Shown: positions 28,675 through 38,237 of the stretch, in pieces
Numbering within the stretch: the stretch's first letter is position 1
Layout of the letters: each line of letters begins with the position of its first letter
Notes under the pieces: generated by a model
Told to the model about the DNA's origin: nothing
Databases searched by the model: none
What the model saw: only the letters and a program-made list of their open reading frames with translations
Assembly (NCBI GenBank): GCA_025450075.1
Contig: JANWIC010000008.1
Span: 11,289 to 75,288, forward strand
Length of the DNA: 64,000 bases
From: Patescibacteria group bacterium
GTDB lineage: Bacteria; Patescibacteriota; Dojkabacteria; JAKAPS01
Reading direction: 5' to 3'
Made by a program: the position numbers and the translations under genes

Positions 28675-30177
28675 TTAGATACGAGTCTGTTCAAATGAAA
28701 TGATTTTGTTATGGTAAGCATATACCGGTAAAAGGAGAAGATTTGTAAATGCAGAGAGTAAATGTAAAGTTGCAAATGAAGCAAGTATATATCGGTAACA
28801 TACTTTCAAATCATAAAAGTCTTCGTCATACATTTCTTTTTTTGTAATAGTATATAATTTTGTAATTGTTTTGTAGCATTGCAGCATTTGTTTCTTTTTG
28901 AAATAAATGGAAATCAATCTTCTGAGAATAAACTTGTTTTCAGGAGACTCTTTTAATACATCTTTATACAATCCCAATGCAGTTTTTTCATGGTCTGTTC
29001 TTTCAGCGAATAAGGCTTCTGCGAGTAGATAATTATCCTTATGTTTTACTTTTTCCTTAATTTCTTTAAGAAGCAGTTTTCCTTTTTCTTCATCTTTTTC
29101 TTTTGCTAGCATCCCAATTGCATAAATATATGAATGGTCAATGGCATTTTTATCAATCCTTTCATCCTTTTCTATAATTTTATTAAGTATTTCACTCCTT
29201 TTTACTAAAACATCTGCTGCTTCTTTAAACTTTTCTTTTGATTCTTGGATTTTTCCTCTTTCAATGAACAGATAATTACCGTAATGATGGAGGTTCTTTG
29301 CTTTAATAAAATACAACATCTCTTCAATTTTCATGAAATCCAAATCGCCAAACTGTACACTTTCATCATCAGATTTATACAGCATATCTAAATTATGCAG
29401 TACTTCATTAATGAGTTTATCAGCAGCAGGATAATTCTTTTTATGGACAAATTTTGCTGCAGTATAGATAAGGCCGATATATGTTACCTCATGCAATACT
29501 TTATTCAATCCATGGTTTGGTCTTCCATCTACATAAAATTCAAATTTTGTTTTTTTTGCAAGATGTTCTTTAATTTCATCAAAAAGAAGTATCGGTAATT
29601 CATGAACAAAGATAAATTGTGGATGGATAACTAAAGCATTTGCTTCATTGTATAAAGTTCCTGTTATTAGAAAATCCAAAAACTGGAATCGCCTAGGTGA
29701 ATATGTATGGTATCTATCAATTGCATACCTGGGGGGAAGAACTATAGCATTAATATATTCACCTATATTTACATAACGATTATCATGGATCAAATGAGAA
29801 TAGATATATTGATTCAATTCTTCACGTATCGTAATACGAGCCTCACCTGGCAAAACACTTTTCATATTTATATCAACCAAATCAAATTGGGAAATACCGA
29901 TATTTGTTTTGTTTTTGCTTGTAAAAATATGCCTGTCAAATACCCAAGCAAGGATCGTTATCCCAATGATAATAAGATAAAATCGTAAAAAATTACCATC
30001 GGGAGGGGCTTTTGGATCAACATATACAATATGGCTGTAAAAAATGCTGAATGCGTAATTATATAGAATTGTTTCTACAAAAAGCAGAACAAGTAATGAA
30101 AGTACCGTACCTTTTTCGCTTCTATAGAATCTTTTTATCTCATCAATAATGACAAGAATATCAAATGGCATCCACAT
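28675..30177 (-). CDS. Hypothetical membrane-anchored protein with a helical-repeat (TPR-like) region
   Basis: N-terminal TM helices, then ~350 aa of Lys/Glu-rich helical repeats. Confidence 0.35.
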   Translation of the reverse strand: MWMPFDILVIIDEIKRFYRSEKGTVLSLLVLLFVETILYNYAFSIFYSHIVYVDPKAPPDGNFLRFYLIIIGITILAWVFDRHIFTSKNKTNIGISQFDLVDINMKSVLPGEARITIREELNQYIYSHLIHDNRYVNIGEYINAIVLPPRYAIDRYHTYSPRRFQFLDFLITGTLYNEANALVIHPQFIFVHELPILLFDEIKEHLAKKTKFEFYVDGRPNHGLNKVLHEVTYIGLIYTAAKFVHKKNYPAADKLINEVLHNLDMLYKSDDESVQFGDLDFMKIEEMLYFIKAKNLHHYGNYLFIERGKIQESKEKFKEAADVLVKRSEILNKIIEKDERIDKNAIDHSYIYAIGMLAKEKDEEKGKLLLKEIKEKVKHKDNYLLAEALFAERTDHEKTALGLYKDVLKESPENKFILRRLISIYFKKKQMLQCYKTITKLYTITKKEMYDEDFYDLKVCYRYILASFATLHLLSAFTNLLLLPVYAYHNKIISFEQTRI

Positions 30178-30219
30178 ATGGGCAGTAATCGCTTAAACAC
30201 CACTACTATAGCATACACA

Positions 30220-32292
30220 TTAGTTTCTGATAAGGCCACCCCACTCCACATACGTAAATCCTTTTCTGATAAAATGCTGGAAGTGTTGGGGAGCCACGGC
30301 TACTTGATGGGGATTATCAAGTGGAAGATAGTCTAAGAAGATCCTATTCACACTATCCGGTTGAGGTGAAATATGCATTGGGAATAATCGGTTTAAGATA
30401 GTGTTTTGGAATATTGTAATTCTATAATATGGTTTATTACTTTTTAACATTTCAGGCACCCAGTATGACAACATATCGGATTTCTCTTGCGATGTAAGTC
30501 CTATATAATCCAAAGTTGAATTCATAAATGACTCGAGATCGTTTCGTGTAACAATGCTCCCTTCGGATACTTCAGGATAATCTATTGATGCTATTGTTCC
30601 TGACCAATAAATATATGGATAGGCATTGCTCTCACATGCCTGCTTTGCATACACAAGACCGAATGAATTTGTGTTTAATAGATTGCAGGAAGTATATGAC
30701 GGCTGCAAGTCATGCAGTATGCCATTAGGCATCGCCAACACATCCCATTCATTGTGATATGTTGGGACCTGCACATGAAATGAAACTGGGCTTTCAAATG
30801 ATATTTTTACTTCGGTTGGCTTAGGCGGATATAGATAAATAACAGGCTTTCCGCAACCACCAAGTGTAAAATTACTTTCAGCTATTGCGTAATACTCCCC
30901 ATTATATCCATCAATTATGATGAGAGGATTATTAGCCACGTATTGAGTATAGCTTGGCGGGGCAACATTAAATGACGACTTAAAATCATCCACACTAATG
31001 CTAGAAACATGATCGGCATACAATTCTTTTAAAATCGGTGAGTTTGGGTCTTTTAGAACATAAGCTGGAGAATTGATTCCTATTGTCCCAATCTGGGTAA
31101 GATCGTTTGCAGTAATTCCTGAAACTAATGCAAAAGAAGGGTCTCTCGAACATCCTCCTTCAGCTAATACAGAATAGGAAGGATATAATTGCGTTGCTGG
31201 AGCAGTTTGCGTTATGAAGTCTGATTTCATTGATAAGAGGAAATCTCCTAATGTTGATAAGTTAACAGTTAAACGCGTTGAATAACTCTGGTCATGAAGG
31301 TGTGAAGGAATTCCTGTGTTATATGTCACAATTTGTTGATTTATTTCACTCATTGCAGCTTTATATGCTTCTAACATACTTGTCGGTACTTCACTATATT
31401 CGGCTGCTATGCCGGTTGGATCAACAACAAAATATCTCGATAATTTAGGAAAATAGCCGTTTTTATCAACAGCTTGCTGGGATATCTCTTGATAGACTGA
31501 AAATCCTGGAATTGAAAATGGAGCAGGAGTATATATCTTTGGATCTAAAGGAACGCTAAATTTAGTAACAGTTAAGATATTGCCAAGGGAATCTTTTAGC
31601 GAAGTATCTTGTGTATATGTCAGGTATTTTACAAATTTGAGATTGGATTCTGTATCAATCGGAAGTAATGTAGGAAACGGATCTATTGTATTATTATCTT
31701 CAGTAACATTGTTAGTATATACTCCGTCAAAAGAACTTTGAGCATACTGTTTTCCAACTAGAATAAAATGTTGCATATCGTTTGTAGCAAATGTATCTAT
31801 ATTCACATCATAATTTTCAACAATAGAAATTATCCTATGATATCCGCTATATTTCCCCTTTTGGATTAATCCATCATCATAATATGATCGAGGAAGAGAA
31901 GTGGAATCAGTCTGAATATATAAATTCAGATCAGTAAGTAAAGTAAGATTCCCTGATGCTGGAGTATACAATGTTGATAATTCATCATCTAATGTTGGCA
32001 TTATATAATTGGTATAATTCTGTGATGTTTGGGTTGGAGTTGAAGTTGGCGTAAGTGTTTGCAGAACTGTGGCTGAAGGTATATTTAATGTAGGAGCTGG
32101 ATGTATAAATACATTAGAGTTAGGAAGGTGGGATATGGTATGATGTTCCCAAATGTATGAAAAAATTGCAATCAGTGCAGCTATTACTAACAAGCTTCCA
32201 GAAATAATAAGTGCAATGCGGAATGACTTAGACTCTTTCCATTTTGTTTTTAAAGGATATAGAACGTTTTCAAAAATTTGAAGCTTAGCCAT
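30220..32292 (-). CDS. Large N-terminally anchored extracellular protein (function unknown)
   Basis: 690 aa with a single N-terminal TM 'LIISGSLLVIAALIAIFSYIW'. Thr/Ser-rich linker 'TLTPTSTPTQTSQ'. No enzymatic motif recognised. Confidence 0.45.
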   Translation of the reverse strand: MAKLQIFENVLYPLKTKWKESKSFRIALIISGSLLVIAALIAIFSYIWEHHTISHLPNSNVFIHPAPTLNIPSATVLQTLTPTSTPTQTSQNYTNYIMPTLDDELSTLYTPASGNLTLLTDLNLYIQTDSTSLPRSYYDDGLIQKGKYSGYHRIISIVENYDVNIDTFATNDMQHFILVGKQYAQSSFDGVYTNNVTEDNNTIDPFPTLLPIDTESNLKFVKYLTYTQDTSLKDSLGNILTVTKFSVPLDPKIYTPAPFSIPGFSVYQEISQQAVDKNGYFPKLSRYFVVDPTGIAAEYSEVPTSMLEAYKAAMSEINQQIVTYNTGIPSHLHDQSYSTRLTVNLSTLGDFLLSMKSDFITQTAPATQLYPSYSVLAEGGCSRDPSFALVSGITANDLTQIGTIGINSPAYVLKDPNSPILKELYADHVSSISVDDFKSSFNVAPPSYTQYVANNPLIIIDGYNGEYYAIAESNFTLGGCGKPVIYLYPPKPTEVKISFESPVSFHVQVPTYHNEWDVLAMPNGILHDLQPSYTSCNLLNTNSFGLVYAKQACESNAYPYIYWSGTIASIDYPEVSEGSIVTRNDLESFMNSTLDYIGLTSQEKSDMLSYWVPEMLKSNKPYYRITIFQNTILNRLFPMHISPQPDSVNRIFLDYLPLDNPHQVAVAPQHFQHFIRKGFTYVEWGGLIRN

Positions 32293-32331
32293 TACATTTA
32301 CTTTAGCATCTTGAAAGTAATGTGTAAATAA

Positions 32332-33048
32332 CTATTCATCATCTGCAAGCTGCTCTGAGAATCGTATATAAGGAGAGTATTTTTCGCGAATCACGGAAGC
32401 ATCTGTAGAAGGTGCCCAGCAAAGATAAATTCCTGCAGCAAATGTGTCCCAATACCTCTTTTGTATATACACATGATCCCCTTCCACTCGAATGTCTTCA
32501 GGATGATGAGTATAATCAGCATTTCTATCTGGGTCCGTGATAATTAGTTCTGTTTCGGTATATCCATGAATAACTACCTGATGAGATCTTTTTCGTGCGG
32601 AATCAAGGTGCCTCGGAACAGATGATATTATTGGTAAGTTTTGGTTAAGCACTTCATACAAGAATGTGTCCGCAAGTTCTTTTCCATCAGTGCGAGTTTG
32701 TAGTGCAAATAAACCTAAAATTCCTTTTGTAACTGGATGAAGAAATTCACCCATGAATAATTGTCCTTTCCAAATAGCTCCAGCACCTGGATCCCAAGCA
32801 AAAGGACGTTTCAAGGATGAGAGTATGAAAGATACAGGATCATCACCTGGTTGAAGAATCATGTAAGAACAGGCAAAAGCACAGAAATTATCATTAAAAG
32901 ATAAATTGCCATTTGGATCTCTCCAATTTTGCAAGGAATCATCCTTCTCAATTTCTCTTAGAAGAGGAAGAAATGCATCTAATGACCTCATTGCAGATTC
33001 TTCTACTTCTTGCTGATAAATTCGTTTGATTGGTATCATACGTTCCAT
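32332..33048 (-). CDS. Hypothetical protein
   Basis: 238-aa ORF. No family recognised. Confidence 0.35.
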   Translation of the reverse strand: MERMIPIKRIYQQEVEESAMRSLDAFLPLLREIEKDDSLQNWRDPNGNLSFNDNFCAFACSYMILQPGDDPVSFILSSLKRPFAWDPGAGAIWKGQLFMGEFLHPVTKGILGLFALQTRTDGKELADTFLYEVLNQNLPIISSVPRHLDSARKRSHQVVIHGYTETELIITDPDRNADYTHHPEDIRVEGDHVYIQKRYWDTFAAGIYLCWAPSTDASVIREKYSPYIRFSEQLADDE

Positions 33049-33122
33049 ATCCTGATCCTATCATAACGAAGGATTCACAACAATACTTGTTATTCCTTTC
33101 CCCTTTTACTAGTATATATGGT

Positions 33123-33446
33123 ATGAAAACAACCCAACGTCCCTGGTATGTATACATGTTACGCTGCTCACATACCTACTTATATACTGGAATTTCGCCT
33201 GATGTCATAAAACGGATCGAAGCGCATCGTGCTGGAAAAGGCGCAAAATTCACAAAAAACAAACATCCAATAGAGCTTGTATATGTAATAAAGATGGATA
33301 ATATGCAACTAGCAATGAAAAAAGAAAGAGAAATGAAAAAATTACCAAAACAAAAGAAAGAAGAAATTATCCTTTCTTTCAAAAATCATAGTGGAGACCC
33401 TAATATTGCAAAGATGTTTTCTACTACTTTTCAAGAGTTGCAATAG
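33123..33446 (+). CDS. Stand-alone GIY-YIG domain nuclease (UPF0213/YhbQ-like)
   Basis: 'WYVYMLRCSHTYLYTGISPDVIKRIEAHRAGKGAKFTKNKHPIELVYV' is a GIY-YIG core. Start set at ATG 33123, because the longer ORF would overlap the convergent gene. Confidence 0.65.
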   Translation: MKTTQRPWYVYMLRCSHTYLYTGISPDVIKRIEAHRAGKGAKFTKNKHPIELVYVIKMDNMQLAMKKEREMKKLPKQKKEEIILSFKNHSGDPNIAKMFSTTFQELQ

Positions 33447-34665
33447 CATCCATGTCTTTTCTGATAGTCTTCATTCCAATCACACAACAGAAAGCAGCAA
33501 AAAGTAAAAATAGAGGAGTGGTAAGTAGAAGTGATGTATGAAGAGATGTCTTGTTAGCAATTGACCCGATAAGTGAAGGGGCGCTAGCATCACCTAATAA
33601 ATGACTTAATAAGAATGATAATCCAAATGCAGATGATCGCATATGAGGTTTGATTACATCATGCATGACAACATAGAGCGGACCGGAAGCACTGCTTAAG
33701 CAAATTCCTCCAAGAAATACAATTACTGAAAATACCGCAACAGAATGTGCAATAAGCGCAAAGAAGACAAAAATAGATCCTATCAATCCACCTACTACTG
33801 GGACATATAATCGGCTATATTTATTTGAATGATATAATCGATCAGAAATCCATCCTCCACCCACTACTCCAATTGTCCCGCTGGTTAATAGCAATATTCC
33901 TGTAAGCAATCCACCTTTTGCAAGATTTAAATGGAACACATCATGTAAATATGTCGGTAGCCAGAATGATACACCTCCTAAGACAAATGCATAAAACACG
34001 TAAGCGAATATAACTGCCCAATATGTTTTTACTTTTGCAATAGATCCGAAAATCTTTATAGGAGCTTCAATCTTTTCCTTTTTCACTTGTACACCTGGCT
34101 CTGTAATCCTATAAGATAGATAGGCAAGGATTAAGCCGGGAAGACCTACAAGAAAAAATGCATATCTCCACCCCAGAAATTCTGCCAAAATTCCTCCAAT
34201 TATAAAGCCGAAAGCGGCTCCAATTAAATTTCCGGATAGGAAAAATGAAAGCACTTTTCCCCTGTTATCACTTTCAGCATAATCGCCTAAAAGTGAAAGT
34301 GAGGCAGGTGAATATCCTGCTTCACCAATTCCAAGAAATGACCTAACAACAAACAATTGTTTAAATGTATGAATAACTCCACCCAGCATTGTCATGATGC
34401 TCCAGGCACCGACACAAACCGCAATTATGTTTTTCCTTATAGACCTGTCTGCTAACATAGATAACGGAAGACTTGAAAGTGCAAAGACTATAACAAATGA
34501 CGTGCCAAGCAGTCCTTCTTGGAAAAGATTCAAGCCGAATTCGATACGTATTTTAGGTAAAACTGCAGGTAAAATATATCGGTCTGCATAGTTGAGCATA
34601 TTTACAAAAAAAAGCACAATAAGGGCGAATGATGCGTTCCTATTTTTCATGACCAGATTATACAA
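33424..34665 (-). CDS. MFS transporter
   Basis: 12-TM architecture with 'LADRSIRKNIIAVCVGAWSIMTMLGG...FVVRSFLGIGEAGYSPASLSLL', the MFS motif-A region. Confidence 0.75.
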   Translation of the reverse strand: MYNLVMKNRNASFALIVLFFVNMLNYADRYILPAVLPKIRIEFGLNLFQEGLLGTSFVIVFALSSLPLSMLADRSIRKNIIAVCVGAWSIMTMLGGVIHTFKQLFVVRSFLGIGEAGYSPASLSLLGDYAESDNRGKVLSFFLSGNLIGAAFGFIIGGILAEFLGWRYAFFLVGLPGLILAYLSYRITEPGVQVKKEKIEAPIKIFGSIAKVKTYWAVIFAYVFYAFVLGGVSFWLPTYLHDVFHLNLAKGGLLTGILLLTSGTIGVVGGGWISDRLYHSNKYSRLYVPVVGGLIGSIFVFFALIAHSVAVFSVIVFLGGICLSSASGPLYVVMHDVIKPHMRSSAFGLSFLLSHLLGDASAPSLIGSIANKTSLHTSLLLTTPLFLLFAAFCCVIGMKTIRKDMDAIATLEK

Positions 34666-34745
34666 AAAACTATCGAAAAAAGCACTTCATACATCATGTA
34701 TTTATCATCCGAATCGGATATAATACTGTTGAAAGATACAAAGCA

Positions 34746-35417
34746 ATGAAACTCTTAATTGTAGAAGATGAAGAAAAAATCAATAATGCAATTTCGCAGG
34801 GATTTCGTGAAGAAGGTTTTGATGTCAGTAGTGCTTTTGATGGTGAGGAAGCAAGGACGATAATCGAAAGGGACGAATTCGATTGTGTGGTTCTTGACCT
34901 AATGCTTCCTCACCTTGATGGCATTACTCTACTAACCCGTATGAGGGAACATAAAGATAATACCCCCGTCATAATATTGACAGCAAGAGATGAAGTTGAA
35001 GATAAAGTAAAGGGATTGAATTCAGGAGCAGATGATTATCTGGCAAAACCTTTTTCATTTCATGAACTGTTATCAAGAGTTAAAGCAATCATACGCAGGA
35101 CTTCTTCCAACCAGACCATACTTCAAGTTGATTCACTCTTCTTAGATCCCTTTAAAAAAACAGTTACTCGAGCAGGAGTCCCGATCCATATTACCGGGAA
35201 AGATTTTATTCTTCTTGAATATCTGATGAGGAATAAAGGGGCGGCAGTATCAGAAGATAGGATAATAAGGCATTTGTGGGATTTTGAAGAAGAAATAAGT
35301 TCAAATGTTGTAGCTTCCCATATTAAAAATCTTCGTATTAAAGTAGATAAAGCTTTCCCAAAAGAAAAGCCAGTTATCCATACTTTGCGAGGGCTTGGAT
35401 ATAAACTCGATGGATAA
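34746..35417 (+). CDS. OmpR-family response regulator
   Basis: Receiver 'KLLIVEDEEKI...DCVVLDLMLPHLDG' plus a winged-helix output domain with 'LEYLMRNKG' and 'LRGLGYKL'. Confidence 0.85.
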   Translation: MKLLIVEDEEKINNAISQGFREEGFDVSSAFDGEEARTIIERDEFDCVVLDLMLPHLDGITLLTRMREHKDNTPVIILTARDEVEDKVKGLNSGADDYLAKPFSFHELLSRVKAIIRRTSSNQTILQVDSLFLDPFKKTVTRAGVPIHITGKDFILLEYLMRNKGAAVSEDRIIRHLWDFEEEISSNVVASHIKNLRIKVDKAFPKEKPVIHTLRGLGYKLDG

Positions 35418-36417
35418 ACAATACAAAACAACAAAATTTAAACTGACATTATTATATTTTGTAATTGTATTTGCTATTGTTGCATTCTTTTCTATCATTA
35501 TTATCAATATTCAATTTGACCAGTTTAATCGTATCGAACAAGCCAGAGCGCATGATATACAACGACTTGGTTATCTTGATTCTCCGGAAACTGATCCCTT
35601 TTTAAGTGTAATTGATAATGCAAAAGATAGTATCCTTGCCCGCATATTTGAAACAGATGCAGTTATCCTTCTTATTAGCGCATTACTTTCATATTATCTT
35701 GCAGGAAAAACACTGGAGCCTATTGAAGAGGCATTTGAAAAGCAAAAGCAATTCATAGCTGATGCATCCCATGAATTAAAGACCCCTCTTACTGCAATTA
35801 CAACTGAGGCAGAAGTATTGTTAAATACGGAAAGGACAAACGAGCAATATAAGGGATTTACCAAAAGTGTATTGGAAGAAGCTCAACGACTTACGCAATT
35901 AACAATACAACTACTACAAATTGCAAAAACTGATAATAACAAAATGAAACTGATGTATGAAGATGTAAACTTGGAAGATCTAATCAGAACAGAAGGTGAT
36001 AAATTTACACCAATTGCAGATACAAAAACAATTACCTTAATTTATCATAAACCAGTTAATCCTCCAATCATTTTTGCAGATAAACATAGAATTATCCAGT
36101 TAATCGATATCCTTTTGGATAATGCAATAAAATACAACATAGAAGGAGGTCAAATAGACCTATCGACAAAATCTACAAAAAATGCAATTAAGCTCATAAT
36201 TACGGATACTGGTATTGGAATACCAAAAGAACAGGTTGATAAAATTTTTGACCGGTTCTACCGAATAACTAATGATAGACATAATCGAGGTTTCGGCCTT
36301 GGTCTATCAATTGCAAAAGAAATTGTCAATGAACATAAGGCTAAAATTGAAGTAGAAAGTGTGGAAAATAAAGGAACAACCATTCGAGTTATATTTCCAC
36401 ATCGTCATCATTCCTAA
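35395..36417 (+). CDS. Sensor histidine kinase
   Basis: H-box 'DASHELKTPLTAI', N-box 'LLDNAIKYN' and G-box 'DTGIGIPKEQ...GFGLGLSIAK'. Confidence 0.85.
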   Translation: MDINSMDKQYKTTKFKLTLLYFVIVFAIVAFFSIIIINIQFDQFNRIEQARAHDIQRLGYLDSPETDPFLSVIDNAKDSILARIFETDAVILLISALLSYYLAGKTLEPIEEAFEKQKQFIADASHELKTPLTAITTEAEVLLNTERTNEQYKGFTKSVLEEAQRLTQLTIQLLQIAKTDNNKMKLMYEDVNLEDLIRTEGDKFTPIADTKTITLIYHKPVNPPIIFADKHRIIQLIDILLDNAIKYNIEGGQIDLSTKSTKNAIKLIITDTGIGIPKEQVDKIFDRFYRITNDRHNRGFGLGLSIAKEIVNEHKAKIEVESVENKGTTIRVIFPHRHHS

Positions 36418-37875
36418 ATGCCCAATTTCTTTCATAAAACAAAACATGTCTTCAAAAGCTATCGGATACTAATACTCATTATTGCAGTTTATATAATATA
36501 TTTTTCGCTTTATACCATTATCCGGAACAATCATTTCTATTCTGGAGAATTTGATTTGGGGAATATGCAACAGACTCTTTGGAATACCTTACATGGACAT
36601 TTTTTTATGGAATCTGATCCAACAAGACATGCCGTAGTCGTTTCCCGATTTGCTGATCATGCAGATTTGCTTCTTCTTGCGGTTCTCCCATTTTATGCTC
36701 TCTTTACCTCCTTAAAAACATTACTAATTGTCCAGACAATTGCAGTCGCACTTGGCGCCATTCCGGTATTTTTATTCACTCGGCAAGTTACACAAAGCAA
36801 ATATCTTGGATATCTGTTCGCTACTACATACCTTCTTCTTCCAGGGCTTGAAAATGCAAACGTATTTGAATTCCATGCAGTAACAATGGGAATGACAAGC
36901 ATACTCTTTTTCTTTTACTTTTTATGGAATAGAAAATATGTGACAGCTATTCCCTTCTTCATACTTTCACTTCTTGCCAAAGAAGAAGTAGGATTTACCC
37001 TTGCACTTATGAGTCTATACTTTCTATATGTAATAAATCTCACTCATACATTCAAACCACGTTTTAATACTCTCGAAACAAAATTTAAAAAGAACATTAA
37101 ACTAAATATTTTCTTTCTTTCACTTGCATTATTTGCCTTTTCATATTCCTGTATCATGATCATGGTTGTCATTCCTCATTTTAGAAATGGACCATCAATA
37201 TATTTACAAAATTATGAAAATGCATCGCAAGGCATATCTGGAATAATTTCCTATACAATTTTTCATCCATTATCAATTCTACAACTTCATGGATGGAATG
37301 ATATTAAATATGTCGGTGAACTATTAGTACCAACTGGTCTTCTATCAATATTTTCTCCATTGCTATCTCTCCTTGCTCTTCCTGAACTATTAATTGACAT
37401 TCTGAGTAAAAACACATTCATGCAATCTATCTATTTCCAGTACACTTCAGTTATTAATCCAATCATTATCCTTTCAAGTATTACTGGCTTTGTCAGCTGT
37501 AATAATTTTCTATCCTTGCATTTTAAACAATATAAAACGAAATATCTTGTTATTCTTTTAACCTTTACATTATTACTATCTTCATATTTCTTCTCTCCTC
37601 TTGCACTTGCAAGAGGGTTTAAATCTGATTCTTTACTCAGTACAAAAGATGTAAATGAAATTTACACATTACAAAAATCAATTCCGCATACAGCAATTGT
37701 GAGTGCAAGTAATAATATTGCGCCTCACTTCTCACAAAGGTTTGAAATATTTACCTATCCAACTGCAAAAACTTTTGCTGATTACATTATTATTGAAAAT
37801 GAATCTCAATCTCCTTCGTCAGCATATAAACATATTTACTCAGGAAATTCTCTACAAGTTTATAAGAAAAAATAA
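36418..37875 (+). CDS. Polytopic integral membrane protein (DUF2079-like, predicted GT-C-type glycosyltransferase)
   Basis: Start codon abuts the kinase stop. N-terminal 'YSGEFDLGNMQQTLWNTLHGHFF' resembles DUF2079. ~12 TM helices. Confidence 0.4.
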   Translation: MPNFFHKTKHVFKSYRILILIIAVYIIYFSLYTIIRNNHFYSGEFDLGNMQQTLWNTLHGHFFMESDPTRHAVVVSRFADHADLLLLAVLPFYALFTSLKTLLIVQTIAVALGAIPVFLFTRQVTQSKYLGYLFATTYLLLPGLENANVFEFHAVTMGMTSILFFFYFLWNRKYVTAIPFFILSLLAKEEVGFTLALMSLYFLYVINLTHTFKPRFNTLETKFKKNIKLNIFFLSLALFAFSYSCIMIMVVIPHFRNGPSIYLQNYENASQGISGIISYTIFHPLSILQLHGWNDIKYVGELLVPTGLLSIFSPLLSLLALPELLIDILSKNTFMQSIYFQYTSVINPIIILSSITGFVSCNNFLSLHFKQYKTKYLVILLTFTLLLSSYFFSPLALARGFKSDSLLSTKDVNEIYTLQKSIPHTAIVSASNNIAPHFSQRFEIFTYPTAKTFADYIIIENESQSPSSAYKHIYSGNSLQVYKKK

Positions 37876-37968
37876 ATTTTTTCATAAGGGCTCGTGTATA
37901 TTTGCTAAAATGTATACATTTGTATTACACTGGAATAAAGAAAAATATTTAAAAGGAGGTGATCCCCA

Positions 37969-38094
37969 ATGGCAGCAAGAAAAACAAGAGCTAAGACAAC
38001 CAAGAAGGTTGCAAAGAAAGCTCCTGCAAGAAAAACAGTTAAGAAAGCTACTCGAAAAACAGCAGCTCGAAAAACAACGAAACGAAGAAAGTAA
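37969..38094 (+). CDS. Unannotated 41-aa lysine/arginine-rich peptide (histone-H1-like/KAKK-repeat basic protein)
   Basis: ATG preceded by a perfect SD 'AAGGAGGTGAT' 7 nt upstream. Translates to 'MAARKTRAKTTKKVAKKAPARKTVKKATRKTAARKTTKRRK'. Followed 17 nt later by an intrinsic terminator. Confidence 0.55.
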   Translation: MAARKTRAKTTKKVAKKAPARKTVKKATRKTAARKTTKRRK

Positions 38095-38111
38095 GTTGTT
38101 AAAAAAATAAA

Positions 38112-38145
38112 ATGGAAGGAATGGTAACACTCCTTCCATTTTTTC
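38112..38145 (+). terminator. Rho-independent terminator
   Basis: 9-bp stem ATGGAAGGA/TCCTTCCAT with a 10-nt loop, followed by TTTTTT. Confidence 0.65.
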
Positions 38146-38237
38146 TCTCTACCATCCTCATTAAAAAAATTTACCATAATATACAATATTAAAAAAGATT
38201 ACTGTACTCAGTTAAGGTAAATACATATAATAGATAT

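Noticed and set aside
37703-38110. 135-aa track ORF whose C-terminus reads 'QQEKQELRQPRRLQRKLLQEKQLRK...'
   Set aside because: This frame passes over the strongly signalled 41-aa peptide gene in another frame and is mostly the 3' end of the membrane-protein gene plus intergenic DNA. I judge it a frame artefact.
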